From Syncephalis fuscata S228 (lineage: Eukaryota; Fungi; Zoopagomycota): DNA of 64,000 bases. The stretch lies in assembly GCA_025786725.1 (NCBI GenBank), contig JAHLTZ010000024.1, forward strand, positions 248,001 through 312,000, read 5' to 3'. Shown here in pieces: positions 28,227-39,748 of the stretch. The notes beneath the pieces are model-generated. The model searched no databases. It worked only from the letters and a program-made list of their open reading frames with translations, and was not told the origin of the DNA. Made by a program: the position numbers and the translations under genes. Numbering within the stretch: position 1 is the stretch's first letter; the number at the start of each line of letters is the position of its first letter.

Positions 28227-28331
28227 GACTGGTCAGGTTGAAGTAAAAATCAAGCAGATTGAAATAAAGACCGGGCAGGTTAAAATCAGGACTGGGCAGG
28301 TTAAAATCAGGACCGAGCAGGTTAAAATCAA
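28227..28331 (+). repeat. 21-bp tandem repeat x5 upstream of the peptide gene
   Basis: GAC(C/T)GGGCAGGTTAAAATCAG-like units. Confidence 0.85.
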
Positions 28332-28620
28332 GGCTGAGAAGCATATCACACCCTGAATCTATTGGTACATGTGCACCTCAAACCATTGTTTGGATTGTTT
28401 TATTGGTTCATATTACACATCAATTGTATATCTCGTATACTACAGTATGCTGGCATCTCAGCATAGCCGCAAGTTTAAATAGCTTACAAAATATACACAA
28501 CCAACCAACTGCGATATCATCATCACATTCTACTTCTTGCTATACACACTACTATACACTTTATATCAAGCACATTCTATCGCATCTTTTAGTTGTTTTT
28601 CTTACCAAATCAACATCACC

Positions 28621-28830
28621 ATGAAGCTTTCTATTGCTGTCGTTTGCACCGTCGTTGTGGCTTTGATAGCCGCTACAGCCATGGTGGATGCTAAACCAGA
28701 CTCGGTTCATCATATACCCAAGGATCCTTCTAAATGTGCGGCATGCATTAAGCAATGCAAAGATTTCCCTAAAGCTGATACTAGAGGACGTTGTAATAAG
28801 CATGGCAAATGCAAGATAGCATGCAAATAA
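28621..28830 (+). CDS. Small secreted cationic 6-Cys peptide (defensin/toxin-like), 69 aa
   Basis: MKLSIAVVCTVVVALIAATAMVDA signal followed by KPDSVHHIPKDPSKCAACIKQCKDFPKADTRGRCNKHGKCKIACK; intronless. Confidence 0.85.
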   Translation: MKLSIAVVCTVVVALIAATAMVDAKPDSVHHIPKDPSKCAACIKQCKDFPKADTRGRCNKHGKCKIACK

Positions 28831-29318
28831 TCGACGGTTTTAAGACATTAACATTGGTAGTGCAATCAAACCATTTGACAACTACGCCGTCCAGTCTATT
28901 TATATATCAAGTTCTGGCCAATGCTCCGGTTTATCCAGTCATTAACCAGTGGATCATTATTTTACCAATAACCTTGCATCTAGTTGCTCCTATTCAACTG
29001 TGCAAGCTTATAGTAATAAACTTATAGTTCCATCTTAACTATATCTATAAGCATGTTATATTTGCATTCAATGATTAACTATTAATTAAATAGTTAAATT
29101 AACAAAAGACATGTACAATTATATTGTATTAGCTATAAGCATAAGCTGATGTAAATATATCAATGTTAAATGTGGATACTGTAGTGAGGTATATTGGCAA
29201 TAAAATTAACTGTGCTTATTTGTAGATATATCATGAATACTAACAAATCTATCATTATAATAAAATGATATGATATTATACTGGTATAAATACTATTTTA
29301 AGAAAAGACTACCGCAAC

Positions 29319-29830
29319 GACTAGCAACTTAATGGCTACCGTCTTGCATACACTTACTTCTATCACCTAAGCACTAGCGACTACTAATTAATTGCTTATA
29401 TTAATATAACATGAACCTGATGCTATTATAAAATAAACAATAATGATTCTCCTTTTAATTATCAATTACCACAGTTAAGCTTTTAATAGCCGAATAGCAT
29501 TTTTAATTAAAGTAGATAAAATAATATATAACCAAATATATAGATATGTTTATTATAATTCCAATAAAGCTAGTTGTTTATAGTGAATACCATTGTTAAT
29601 GGAACTTGATCCTTGTTCATATGACTGATCATGTGTCAGTAAATACTTGTTATTTACTGGTTATGTCTTTGGATAGCTGTTTGTTTATGCTTGTTAGTAC
29701 TAGTATTTAGTATATTGCTGCTGTGACTATTCACATGTTACCATCGGCATGTTGTTTGATTACATGGTGGATGTCATGGATCATCGTATAGTAGATGATT
29801 ACATGATCATAATACCGTAATTTGATACTA
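29319..29830 (+). repeat. ~510-bp non-coding direct repeat, copy 2
   Basis: Near-identical to 26290-26800. Confidence 0.92.
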
Positions 29831-30074
29831 CAACGATATTAGACATGAAGATTTATAATTATGTATATTACAATGTAATATATAGATAGAGAGCGCGTAT
29901 TATTACACACTATACATATAGTGCAATGTAATAACATTTACACACATATATATGTTACATTAACATTAACAAAATTCGATTGTGCATAAAATTTAAAATA
30001 TTTTACTACATACATTTATTCAAACAGCACAAGTAATGCGTCATTGATACACTCCTGCACTTTCCATGGCGCTT

Positions 30075-30659
30075 TTATTTCTTCTGGAACTTCGTTTGAG
30101 CGTCAATCTGGATTTTTTCAATATTGCCGCAGGCAATACGAGCACCAGATGGATCGTGAACAACGATTGAACGACCAAGAACACTATGTTCGCCATCGCT
30201 TAGAGCAATGGTGGGATCTAGATAGGCTATGTTTTCAAACTGCACCTTTTCAGTGCTCTCAAACTTAATTTTGCCAAATTTGCCGCTCATATCGCCTAGC
30301 TCGCACTTGTTCATTGTTGACATTGTGCACTGGGCTCCTTTCATCTTGTATGGGTCAAAATGGCCCCCTGTGGCAGTGCAGTTGCCATTTGCTGGTACCG
30401 GATTCTCGTGGACATGATAGGCATATTCACCGACAACAGGAATTTTGCCGCCCATCGCGCCATAAAAGGCTACACCCGCACCCGACTTCCATGGCCTAAT
30501 GAAAAAGAAAGCTTCAAATTCATTTGCCTTAGCGCTAACATAGGCATGCTGGAATGGAGTCATGTCCTCGGTTGTTTCGGCTGGGAGAGCTGTCACGGTC
30601 AAGCTGGTGAAAGCAAGTGCAAGCATGCAAGCGTGGAATACATTCTTGAGGCCCATCAT
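30075..30659 (-). CDS. Secreted Cu-only (Sod5-like) superoxide dismutase, copy B
   Basis: Same signal peptide as copy A; YHVHENPVPANGNCTATGGHFDP, CELGDMSGKFG, GRSIVVH. Confidence 0.88.
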   Translation of the reverse strand: MMGLKNVFHACMLALAFTSLTVTALPAETTEDMTPFQHAYVSAKANEFEAFFFIRPWKSGAGVAFYGAMGGKIPVVGEYAYHVHENPVPANGNCTATGGHFDPYKMKGAQCTMSTMNKCELGDMSGKFGKIKFESTEKVQFENIAYLDPTIALSDGEHSVLGRSIVVHDPSGARIACGNIEKIQIDAQTKFQKK

Positions 30660-31679
30660 TTTAAATATGCGTATTGACTGGAAATAGGCAGAGGCTATCA
30701 ATGGAAAATGCAGACAATGGGATATGCAAAATGCTAAAATGTGTTGCTGTAGAAGCTAGGAGTGCAGATGAAAGGATACTGCGCTAACATCACCGCTGAC
30801 AAGGCCGGATATTTAAGCAGCGTGGCGTAGTACACACATTTCACGCATGAACAAAGAGATATCGTGTTTATTCTGTGCTGCTAAGGCCTGGCTTTATTAT
30901 CTTTGTTTATTTAAAAATAGAATGCACAGCTCATTGTTCAAAATTCGCGCATGCTATCCATCACACTAATTTGGTAGAACAATCAACTTACTGAATAAAT
31001 CATTAACTTTCTATTTTCTATTGATAACTAAAGGCTAGTAGAACAAAAAAAGGCAAATGATACAGTTATGATGTCAATTTTATTTGTATAATCCATATAC
31101 ATTCAAAATCTGACTTATTGTAACAAAATGAGCGTTCCATAACCATCAGCCACAGCTCCGCTTTTCCAAATGGCGGTTGAATTACTATCGTTCATAGTAA
31201 AATTTAGTTGCTGTTGCTGCTTTTAATTCTTCTTCTACTTTTGTTTATTTCCCATTTCTTTATTGCCTTTTATTACTTTCTTATATTTAAATTTACGCAA
31301 TAGCTCCGATTAGCATATACAAAATTATACATGCCTTCATAATTAATAAAAAGCATTATCCAGTTCTAAATATTTATTTGCTATTTTACATTACTCAAAT
31401 TTAAGTAATTGCAGTAGTCTTCTATATCTCTTGGTTACAATTACATCTCATTAGCGGATAAATAGTTATGTCATATTTTATTACCTGCATACTAATCCGT
31501 CCATTTTATACTGCGTTTTAAATTATTTGTCTAAATATGGATGATTAACGGCGTTTTAAGCTGTCGCCATAAAAGTTGTTTTCAACATGTTCCATCTTTT
31601 CTTTTTCCTTCTCAAACCTTTAGAAAATTATCTTTGAATAAATACAGTTAAACCAGCGTATTGCTCGTTTTTTACAACA

Positions 31680-33842
31680 ATGCATTGTCCTGCAGCTATT
31701 TTAACACTACTAGCTTTAGTGTTTCAATCCAATGCAGCACAAAACATTACAGAACAACTTTTAACAGCAACTACCGTACAACATAGCAAAATTGATTCAT
31801 CAGCAGATGTATCAGCCATTTTTGAAAGCCAAACCAATAGAAGATTACATTCCCGTTCTATCCAGCATTTACAACGAAGAGACTCTTCAAGCAATTACAA
31901 AATTAATAACCTTGGCTCCGGTCCGCTTTTACAATATTTACCTACTAAGGAACTAATTAAACCAATGTCACCACATTCTGCCACTGGAGTAAGCAAGATG
32001 CACAGTCAACAAATAACTGGAGAAGGTATAAGGATAGGCATTATAGATAGTGGCGTTGATTATGAACACCCAGCACTTGGTGGTAGATTTTGTCCTACCT
32101 GTAAAGTTGCTCACGGTTACGACTTTGTCGGCGATAGATATGACAATGAGCATCCACCAGTTGAAAGTATATATCCCAAAGATTGCGAAGGGCATGGCAC
32201 ACTAGTAGCAGGTATTATTGGAGCCCAGACGTCCACATTTGTTGGTGTAGCTTATAAAGCTACTCTTGGCGCTTATCGTATATTTGGATGTGGAGATGTG
32301 GCTATTGAGTTCAGCATTTTAAGAAGGGCTCTTGAGAAAGCGCATAATGACAAAATGCACATTGTCAACTTCTCCATTGGTGTGCCTCCAGGTGAATTTG
32401 GATGGGCCATAAATGATTTGATAGAAGAATACAAGGACAAGGGAATGCTTATAGTTGCCGCTGCAGGCAACATTGGCGAAGGCATGGATATGTTGTGGAC
32501 TTCCCAAATACCATCTATCTCTTCACCAGTATTGTCCGTTGGTTCGATGAACATACCTTACAGTTTCGTAAACACTTTTGAAGTTGTTGGTCAAGGCATA
32601 AATCATATACCTTATGTAGATATTTGTACTAGTCATAAACAATCTATTCAATTGATTGATACTACTGTTGCTTCCCCACCAACAAATCAGCAAGTTTGTT
32701 CAGCTACTGGTAGTGTAAAAGGGAAAATGGTTTTAATACCATTTGGTCGCTGCAATGTCGAGCACACTATTGCGCACATGAAAGAACTTGGTGCTGCCGG
32801 CGTCATATTGCCAAATAGCAACACCTATTATAAGCAATGTTCCTTTCCTATTCTTTCTATAAATCTCGAATATGCAACTATTATCGAAAGAATGAGTAGA
32901 AGCAATATAGCTATTACTCTTGGCTTTTATCACTCCAGAATTGAGGTCCCTTCCCCTCAAAGAATGTTTGGTTCTACTTATACAACATGGGGCCCATCGT
33001 TAGATCTCACAATGAATCCAGAAATCATGGCGCCGGGTGACATGATGTTCACTACTGCACATGACGGTGTCAAGTACGCCATTGAACACGGTACATCTTT
33101 TGCAGCGCCCTATGTAGCCGGTGCTGCCGCACTTTATCTACACGCCAAGGCTTTAGAGACTGGCACCATTCCAAAGATTAATTCAGCAAATTTTAAAGCC
33201 ATTCTTCAACGCACCGCAATACCTTATAAAATACCAGGCAGCCTACTGGCTGGATCAGTAGCTCAACAAGGTGCTGGATTAATTCATGTCGATAGAGCTT
33301 TTTCAACTTCGTTTGGCGTATCTCCTTTAGTAGTTGAACTTGGTGCTGAACCGAAAAAACCTCAAGGTCAGCTTATAAAAACAACGAAAATATCCATTCA
33401 AAACACAAACAACGTCCCAAGATCTTTTCTTGTTACTCATTTACCTGCACCTTCCATGTATGGATACATGAGAAACAACAGAACCAGTGATCCTCCAAAA
33501 ACCGTTAATACTCATGCACAAGTTCTATTTCCGGTTACTACGCAAGCGCAACCAGGTCTAAAAGTGCTTTTTACACAGGTTATAGTCCAGAAAATGTCGT
33601 CCGTACAAATACCCGTTGAATTCCATATTCCAGCTACACTTGAATATAAAGATCACTGGGTGTACTCTGGTTACATTGTTGTTGATCCAACTCCTGGTCC
33701 AAATGGTGCTCATTCAGAGCAAGCTATCTACGTTCCATATTTTGGGCTTAATGGTAGTATAGAGGCCATTAATGATTTGTTTGAGTTCGATGATCCTAAC
33801 GCTTCGATTTTTGGTGATGATCCTATGGATGAAACGAATTGA
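31680..33842 (+). CDS. Secreted subtilisin-like S8 protease with PA insert and Fn3-like C-terminal domain
   Basis: Catalytic triad motifs IIDSGVDY, HGTLVAG, GTSFAAP; AAGN oxyanion Asn; signal peptide; single 720-aa ORF. Confidence 0.95.
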   Translation: MHCPAAILTLLALVFQSNAAQNITEQLLTATTVQHSKIDSSADVSAIFESQTNRRLHSRSIQHLQRRDSSSNYKINNLGSGPLLQYLPTKELIKPMSPHSATGVSKMHSQQITGEGIRIGIIDSGVDYEHPALGGRFCPTCKVAHGYDFVGDRYDNEHPPVESIYPKDCEGHGTLVAGIIGAQTSTFVGVAYKATLGAYRIFGCGDVAIEFSILRRALEKAHNDKMHIVNFSIGVPPGEFGWAINDLIEEYKDKGMLIVAAAGNIGEGMDMLWTSQIPSISSPVLSVGSMNIPYSFVNTFEVVGQGINHIPYVDICTSHKQSIQLIDTTVASPPTNQQVCSATGSVKGKMVLIPFGRCNVEHTIAHMKELGAAGVILPNSNTYYKQCSFPILSINLEYATIIERMSRSNIAITLGFYHSRIEVPSPQRMFGSTYTTWGPSLDLTMNPEIMAPGDMMFTTAHDGVKYAIEHGTSFAAPYVAGAAALYLHAKALETGTIPKINSANFKAILQRTAIPYKIPGSLLAGSVAQQGAGLIHVDRAFSTSFGVSPLVVELGAEPKKPQGQLIKTTKISIQNTNNVPRSFLVTHLPAPSMYGYMRNNRTSDPPKTVNTHAQVLFPVTTQAQPGLKVLFTQVIVQKMSSVQIPVEFHIPATLEYKDHWVYSGYIVVDPTPGPNGAHSEQAIYVPYFGLNGSIEAINDLFEFDDPNASIFGDDPMDETN

Positions 33843-34831
33843 TAACACTATTATAAATATATACCTTTATCAATCCATGTTAGATATCTACATATAAAAT
33901 TTGCATGGATAATGAAACAATTTATAGCAATAGCACTCCAACATGTATAGTAATAATCTGTATGTAACAATTAATATTGCTGATTTACGGCAATGCTATA
34001 GTTATTAAAAGATGTTGAACAATGCTAACAAACCATGTTTCAACACTTTATTATACTGTTAAATAATAGTTATATGTTTAAACAGCACAATTGATATGTA
34101 GTAAGCTTGTCATTTAGCAGTTGACAGTTACATTTATCTAAACACAAGCCATACGTTAAATTTATTTATAAGCTATTTATACCTGCAGTAATTTATTTTT
34201 AGCATATCATATTTATTTACACTTGGGTGTTTATAACATAACATACAATAACGATTATAGATATATTTCTATGATATAATCATTTATTAACTATGCATTT
34301 ATAAATAAACATATTGTAATATATATAGTCTGTTTGCATGTAATATAACCGGATGCACTGTCCAAATAATAGTCCCTAGCTGTGCACTAATATTAATTGT
34401 TACTGTATACTGATATGAATATTAGTATAAATGTGTATAAAATGAACTTATACTTACTGCTATGATTGCTGTATTATTGACATGCATCTATTATTATCAT
34501 GCATATATTTTCAGTTAATAGACCTTATTGCATAATATTTTCCCATCCCTTCATGTAGCTCCTTTAGCTGCAATAAATTAAATTTTGTTTAACTAGAATG
34601 GTTGTACACTTTATTTACTTTAAATATTTAAATAAATTTATATTTACGTTTATTTTTATAAAACTAAAAAAATATTATTTAATATATAGTAATTAAAGTA
34701 CTTTTATAAATAAAATAACGCTAGAAGTTACGCCATTACAAAACAATGTTAAAAAGCAACGTATATTTGGTAGTTCTAAAAAAATAGGTATAAATAACTA
34801 ATTTTACTATAATTTTTATAGCTAGTAGCAC

Positions 34832-34902
34832 GCCATGGTAGTGTAGTGGCATCACAAGACGTTGTGGCCGTCTTAACCCTGGTTCGATTCCAGGCCATGG
34901 CA
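34832..34902 (+). tRNA. tRNA-His(GTG)
   Basis: GCCATGG/CCATGGC acceptor stem, anticodon arm AGACG-TTGTGGC-CGTCT, GGTTCGATTCC T-loop, oligo-T terminator. Confidence 0.95.
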
Positions 34903-36453
34903 TATTTTTTGCTACAGTAATGTGCATTATTTTTTTGGTAATAGCAAGTAGCACGCTTGTGTTTACTTTATTTTATACATGAATGATGTGCGTTAATTCA
35001 CATATCACTTTTAGCACGCTATTTTATCTTTTTGAGTATTACTTTTACATATCAGTAATGTACCAAATAGAATTTATTACTGTTAACACGTTGCGTTGTT
35101 TACATATTCTTTCACACTTATTTTAACTAAAGGTGAAGTGCTAACCATTGCACATCATTGAAGTGTTTGTCGGCGGAGTAACGATTGTCATAGTGCAATA
35201 GTTAAACAATTTATTGATCAATTAGCCGACTGCATTGCTATTAATGTGTTACGTAGCCAAGTATTGCTATAGTCATTCAAATACTTATTTTCATTTTTTA
35301 TATTTATTAAAAAACAAACACTAGCCTACGCAACGTATCTATATATTGCGCTATCTTATATAGTAATTTATATTTATTATTTTACCTGCATAAGTGTAAT
35401 AGTTTAATTATTCGTAAGAATTACACACCCACATCCACTTCTATTTTTGTCCTTGCATGCTACAGCTTCATACTAGCTAGAGAGCAAGACAATAATATCA
35501 TGGTATATAATAGCTAATAAATTATATTTACGCTAAATACAACTAGTGATAAACGAGCAGTTTTTATTAATAGTATGTAACCGGTGGACAGTACATTAAT
35601 AGACAATACAATAAATGAATATAGTCCAATTGAAAAAATGAGAATATATGATAGAATGGCATTACCATGGTAAATAGAATGTAGAATACAAGTATAATGA
35701 TTATATGATATTGCTTAGTATTTCTTCTAAAAATGCTTTATTGTTTGAATAAGTTATAGCAACACGAATACAGTCAATAATATTAATATTCTACCTTTAA
35801 ATCTATACGACATAATATCTATAAAAATAGTAATTGAACAAAATGCAAATAGTTTGGGGCAGGAAATAAAATTTCATTATTCGGCAATAGTCATGCAAAA
35901 TAATAATTTGCTGTTAGTTGCCAGTGTTATCATCAAGTAGTTGAATAAGAAACTATTATAATCAATTTAATGATGATGTATGAAAGATTTTCTGACATGT
36001 ATGCTATAAATGCATAGTAACTTTTATAGAATCGTTTTATAATTGCTGAAAGTATGCGTATTTAAATAACATATAGTGATATATGTTATCAAGTGTGAAG
36101 AAAAAGAGAGGGAGAATGTGATGACGTAAATTGTATATCGTGTTGCTGAGCGTATTAAATAATGATGCCAGTTGACACTAGAACTACCCATTATCATAGA
36201 GCATGTTTATCAGTATTAAGCAGTGTATTAAAGTACTTGCATATAATAAAGTTATTTTATCTAAAAGGCAAGTGTAATAATAATGTTGTTAGTAAAATAG
36301 CAAATGTGGCGCAGTTAAAATAACAAGTAATTTATTGTTCAAGTTTATTATCCTATCTAAAATAGCAAATTCAAATTCAAACTTTTTATAATATTTTAAG
36401 TAAATTTTAATTCTGTTTTTTATTTACTGCTGGTAACGAATAGTAAAGCAACT

Positions 36454-38993
36454 ATGGCGTTACCAGCACCGCACAAAACACTTTGGCAGCTGGCTAACGG
36501 GTGTTTGGATCACGCTAAGCAGCTTGCTCCTTTTCTAGTCACTCATGGCGAATCGGCCCTTAATGAGTATAGACGGGACATTATAGCGGCCATTGCGCTT
36601 TTTAGAGCGGTACTTGTAAACAGTACTGACCACAAGACAACGGCCAATGGGCCGGTTAAACAACAGCAACAATTAGCCTCTATTCAGACTATACCGTCGC
36701 TTTGTAATTCGCCTCTTGATAGTGGACTTTCCATTGGAGTTGAGGCTAAAACAAGATACATGCTTGCACGGGTTCTTCTAGAGCATACTGACAACGATAA
36801 TGAAGCAATCACACAGGCTAGAAAAGTGGTAATATACCGATATAATCATTTGTCAGTCATACTAACGCTTTACAATAGATTCATCTTACTCAACGTGTAA
36901 GTAGACCGATGAAAATGCAAATGTGATAGGTCGTTGAACGCTGGATATAGACATTAGGCATGAAGAGTATTCGTATGGGCGCGTATGAAATTCAAATTCA
37001 AATTCAAATACGTATGGGCCAGTTTCGAGTAGCCAGAGCGTCGCTTAAAGATGCGCAAAACGAAGCAGAACGGCAAGTGTTGCTGAGTGCAATTAACTGA
37101 GGTACTGACAATCTATTATAGCTTAAAGCTACACGGCTGGTATTATCATTTTATTATGCAACAACTGAAATTATTACGCAGTGATATGCTAGCCAGAAAT
37201 AAGCCAACGTTTACAGCCCAACTTGCTATTCTTTTGGATACAATTGAGTATGCACGGGAAAATAAACATGAGGATGTTCAAGTAAACGATACGCGTTGAA
37301 TAATAGCCAATAGCTAACGTTTATCATAAACAGATTTGTTTCTTATTGCTAAGGGCACAATATGCCTTACTAGCTAACGATTCATCAACTGTAAAACAAT
37401 CGCTTCTTGGCGCTGAAAACTGTTTAGCAGGCTGGCAATATGTAGATGTATACCTCGAGCTATCAAATGACGTACAGGTGGCCCGGCCTAATGTTGGAAC
37501 GTCCATACTCCATGCGCGTTACCATTTATTGCATGTATTAAATGGTTTACATTATGGCAATACACAGTCTGCATTCACTTCTTTCCATCAGCTTCAAGAT
37601 ATTCTTAGCTGGTGGACATTAGTGGACACTGAGCTGACAGGACAGAATAAATATACCAATTATATGATATCTAATGAGGTAAGTACGTGTAATATATACT
37701 ATATTCTAGCTAATTTTTTAATGGCTAGGACGTAATGCAGCATGTGCGTATACAATGGTTATCTAGACGACAGATAGCGTCAATCAGCATCTACTTGTTT
37801 GCAACTGTCTACCACAGACAAATGAGTACAGTGACCACTCGGGAGCTAACATTAGATGGAATCAAGCAATTAATAAGTATGCACAGTATGCTATATGTAT
37901 TGATGTATTTCTAATCTTTGCCAATGTGCAGTTATGTCAAATGGTATTCAAGGTATGAGCTTATTTACAATGTGGATATAACATGTATAACTGTATAATA
38001 ACTAGATTCCAATGCTACAAGTATGCGTCAATCTGTGGCATGGTATGATCAGATGAGAGCACGATATTGGCTATTGTTGGTGGATACGTATTTAGCAAGT
38101 AATGACATCGAGCAGGCCAGTATTGTACGTAAATGTAATCTAAACAAAAAAATACAAAGGCTCTAAGCACGTTATAACAGGCTTGGGAGGCTGTGACACT
38201 CTGGTGTCGTTCTCGGAACATTTGGACATTGTTTATTGAAGACTTGGTATTACGGCACGCATGGATAATGCAACTATCTGGTCAATCAGCCGAAGCCAAA
38301 AAATGCTACAAAATACTGGTAAGTAAATTTTATGTTGTTAAATAATTAATAATAAGCCATTATTTCATACAAAAATGGCCAAAGATGCAACATGATCATC
38401 ATGCTATTACTGCTACAATTGGCCTTTCTACGTTAGAGCTAGAGAAAGAAGATACCGATGAAGTTGAATCGAGATTAGATTTAGATGCTTCATCGTTAAC
38501 ATTAGTTCAAGATATGGCAGCCAATTTACTTGCTAGCTTTCAGAATCTATCTCGTCAAGAGAAAAAGTAAAGTAAAAAAAGATTTGATTAAAATAGACTA
38601 ATTTAATTGTATGTACAGACAACGATTATCAAATGCACTACGGCTGGCCAATAGAGCAGAAAACGGTCAACTGCACCGATTCATACTGGCTCGACTTGCC
38701 GAAATATACTATTCTGTGGCGGATGAACAATGTGAGATCATGCTCGATACTGCCTATCATCTAGCGCGAGAAATAAATGATCACTTCTTGGCCATAGTTG
38801 TAGGAGGTCGATTGGCCGGTAAGCGATAATATAATTATATAATTGAAATTATTGTACAATTAATATAAACATTATTCTTATTATTAATCTAGATCTCTAT
38901 CGTCGTCATGGTCGAAAGGAAATGGCAGATCATTTGTATAAAGAAGTGAATACACTCAAACAGCGTGCATATCAACCAATAACAGATGTATAA
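36454..38993 (+). CDS. Probable cohesin-loader subunit Scc4/MAU2 (TPR-like), multi-exon
   Basis: EAKTRYMLARVLLEHTDNDNEA resembles the Scc4/Ssl3 N-terminal motif; helical repeat composition throughout. Confidence 0.6.
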
Positions 38994-39095
38994 TGAAAAT
39001 AAATTGTTTATAAAAGTCCATATTCTTGATCAAAAAACCACGCTTAATACGTGTTAAAGCCACGTAAAACTGAATCTACTGAATAATGACCAGTA

Positions 39096-39748
<653 letters not shown>

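Noticed and set aside
28117-28344. ORF with DFNL repeats
   Set aside because: Produced by the 21-bp minisatellite; no other coding evidence.
34736-34954. 72-aa minus-strand ORF
   Set aside because: Antisense shadow of tRNA-His.
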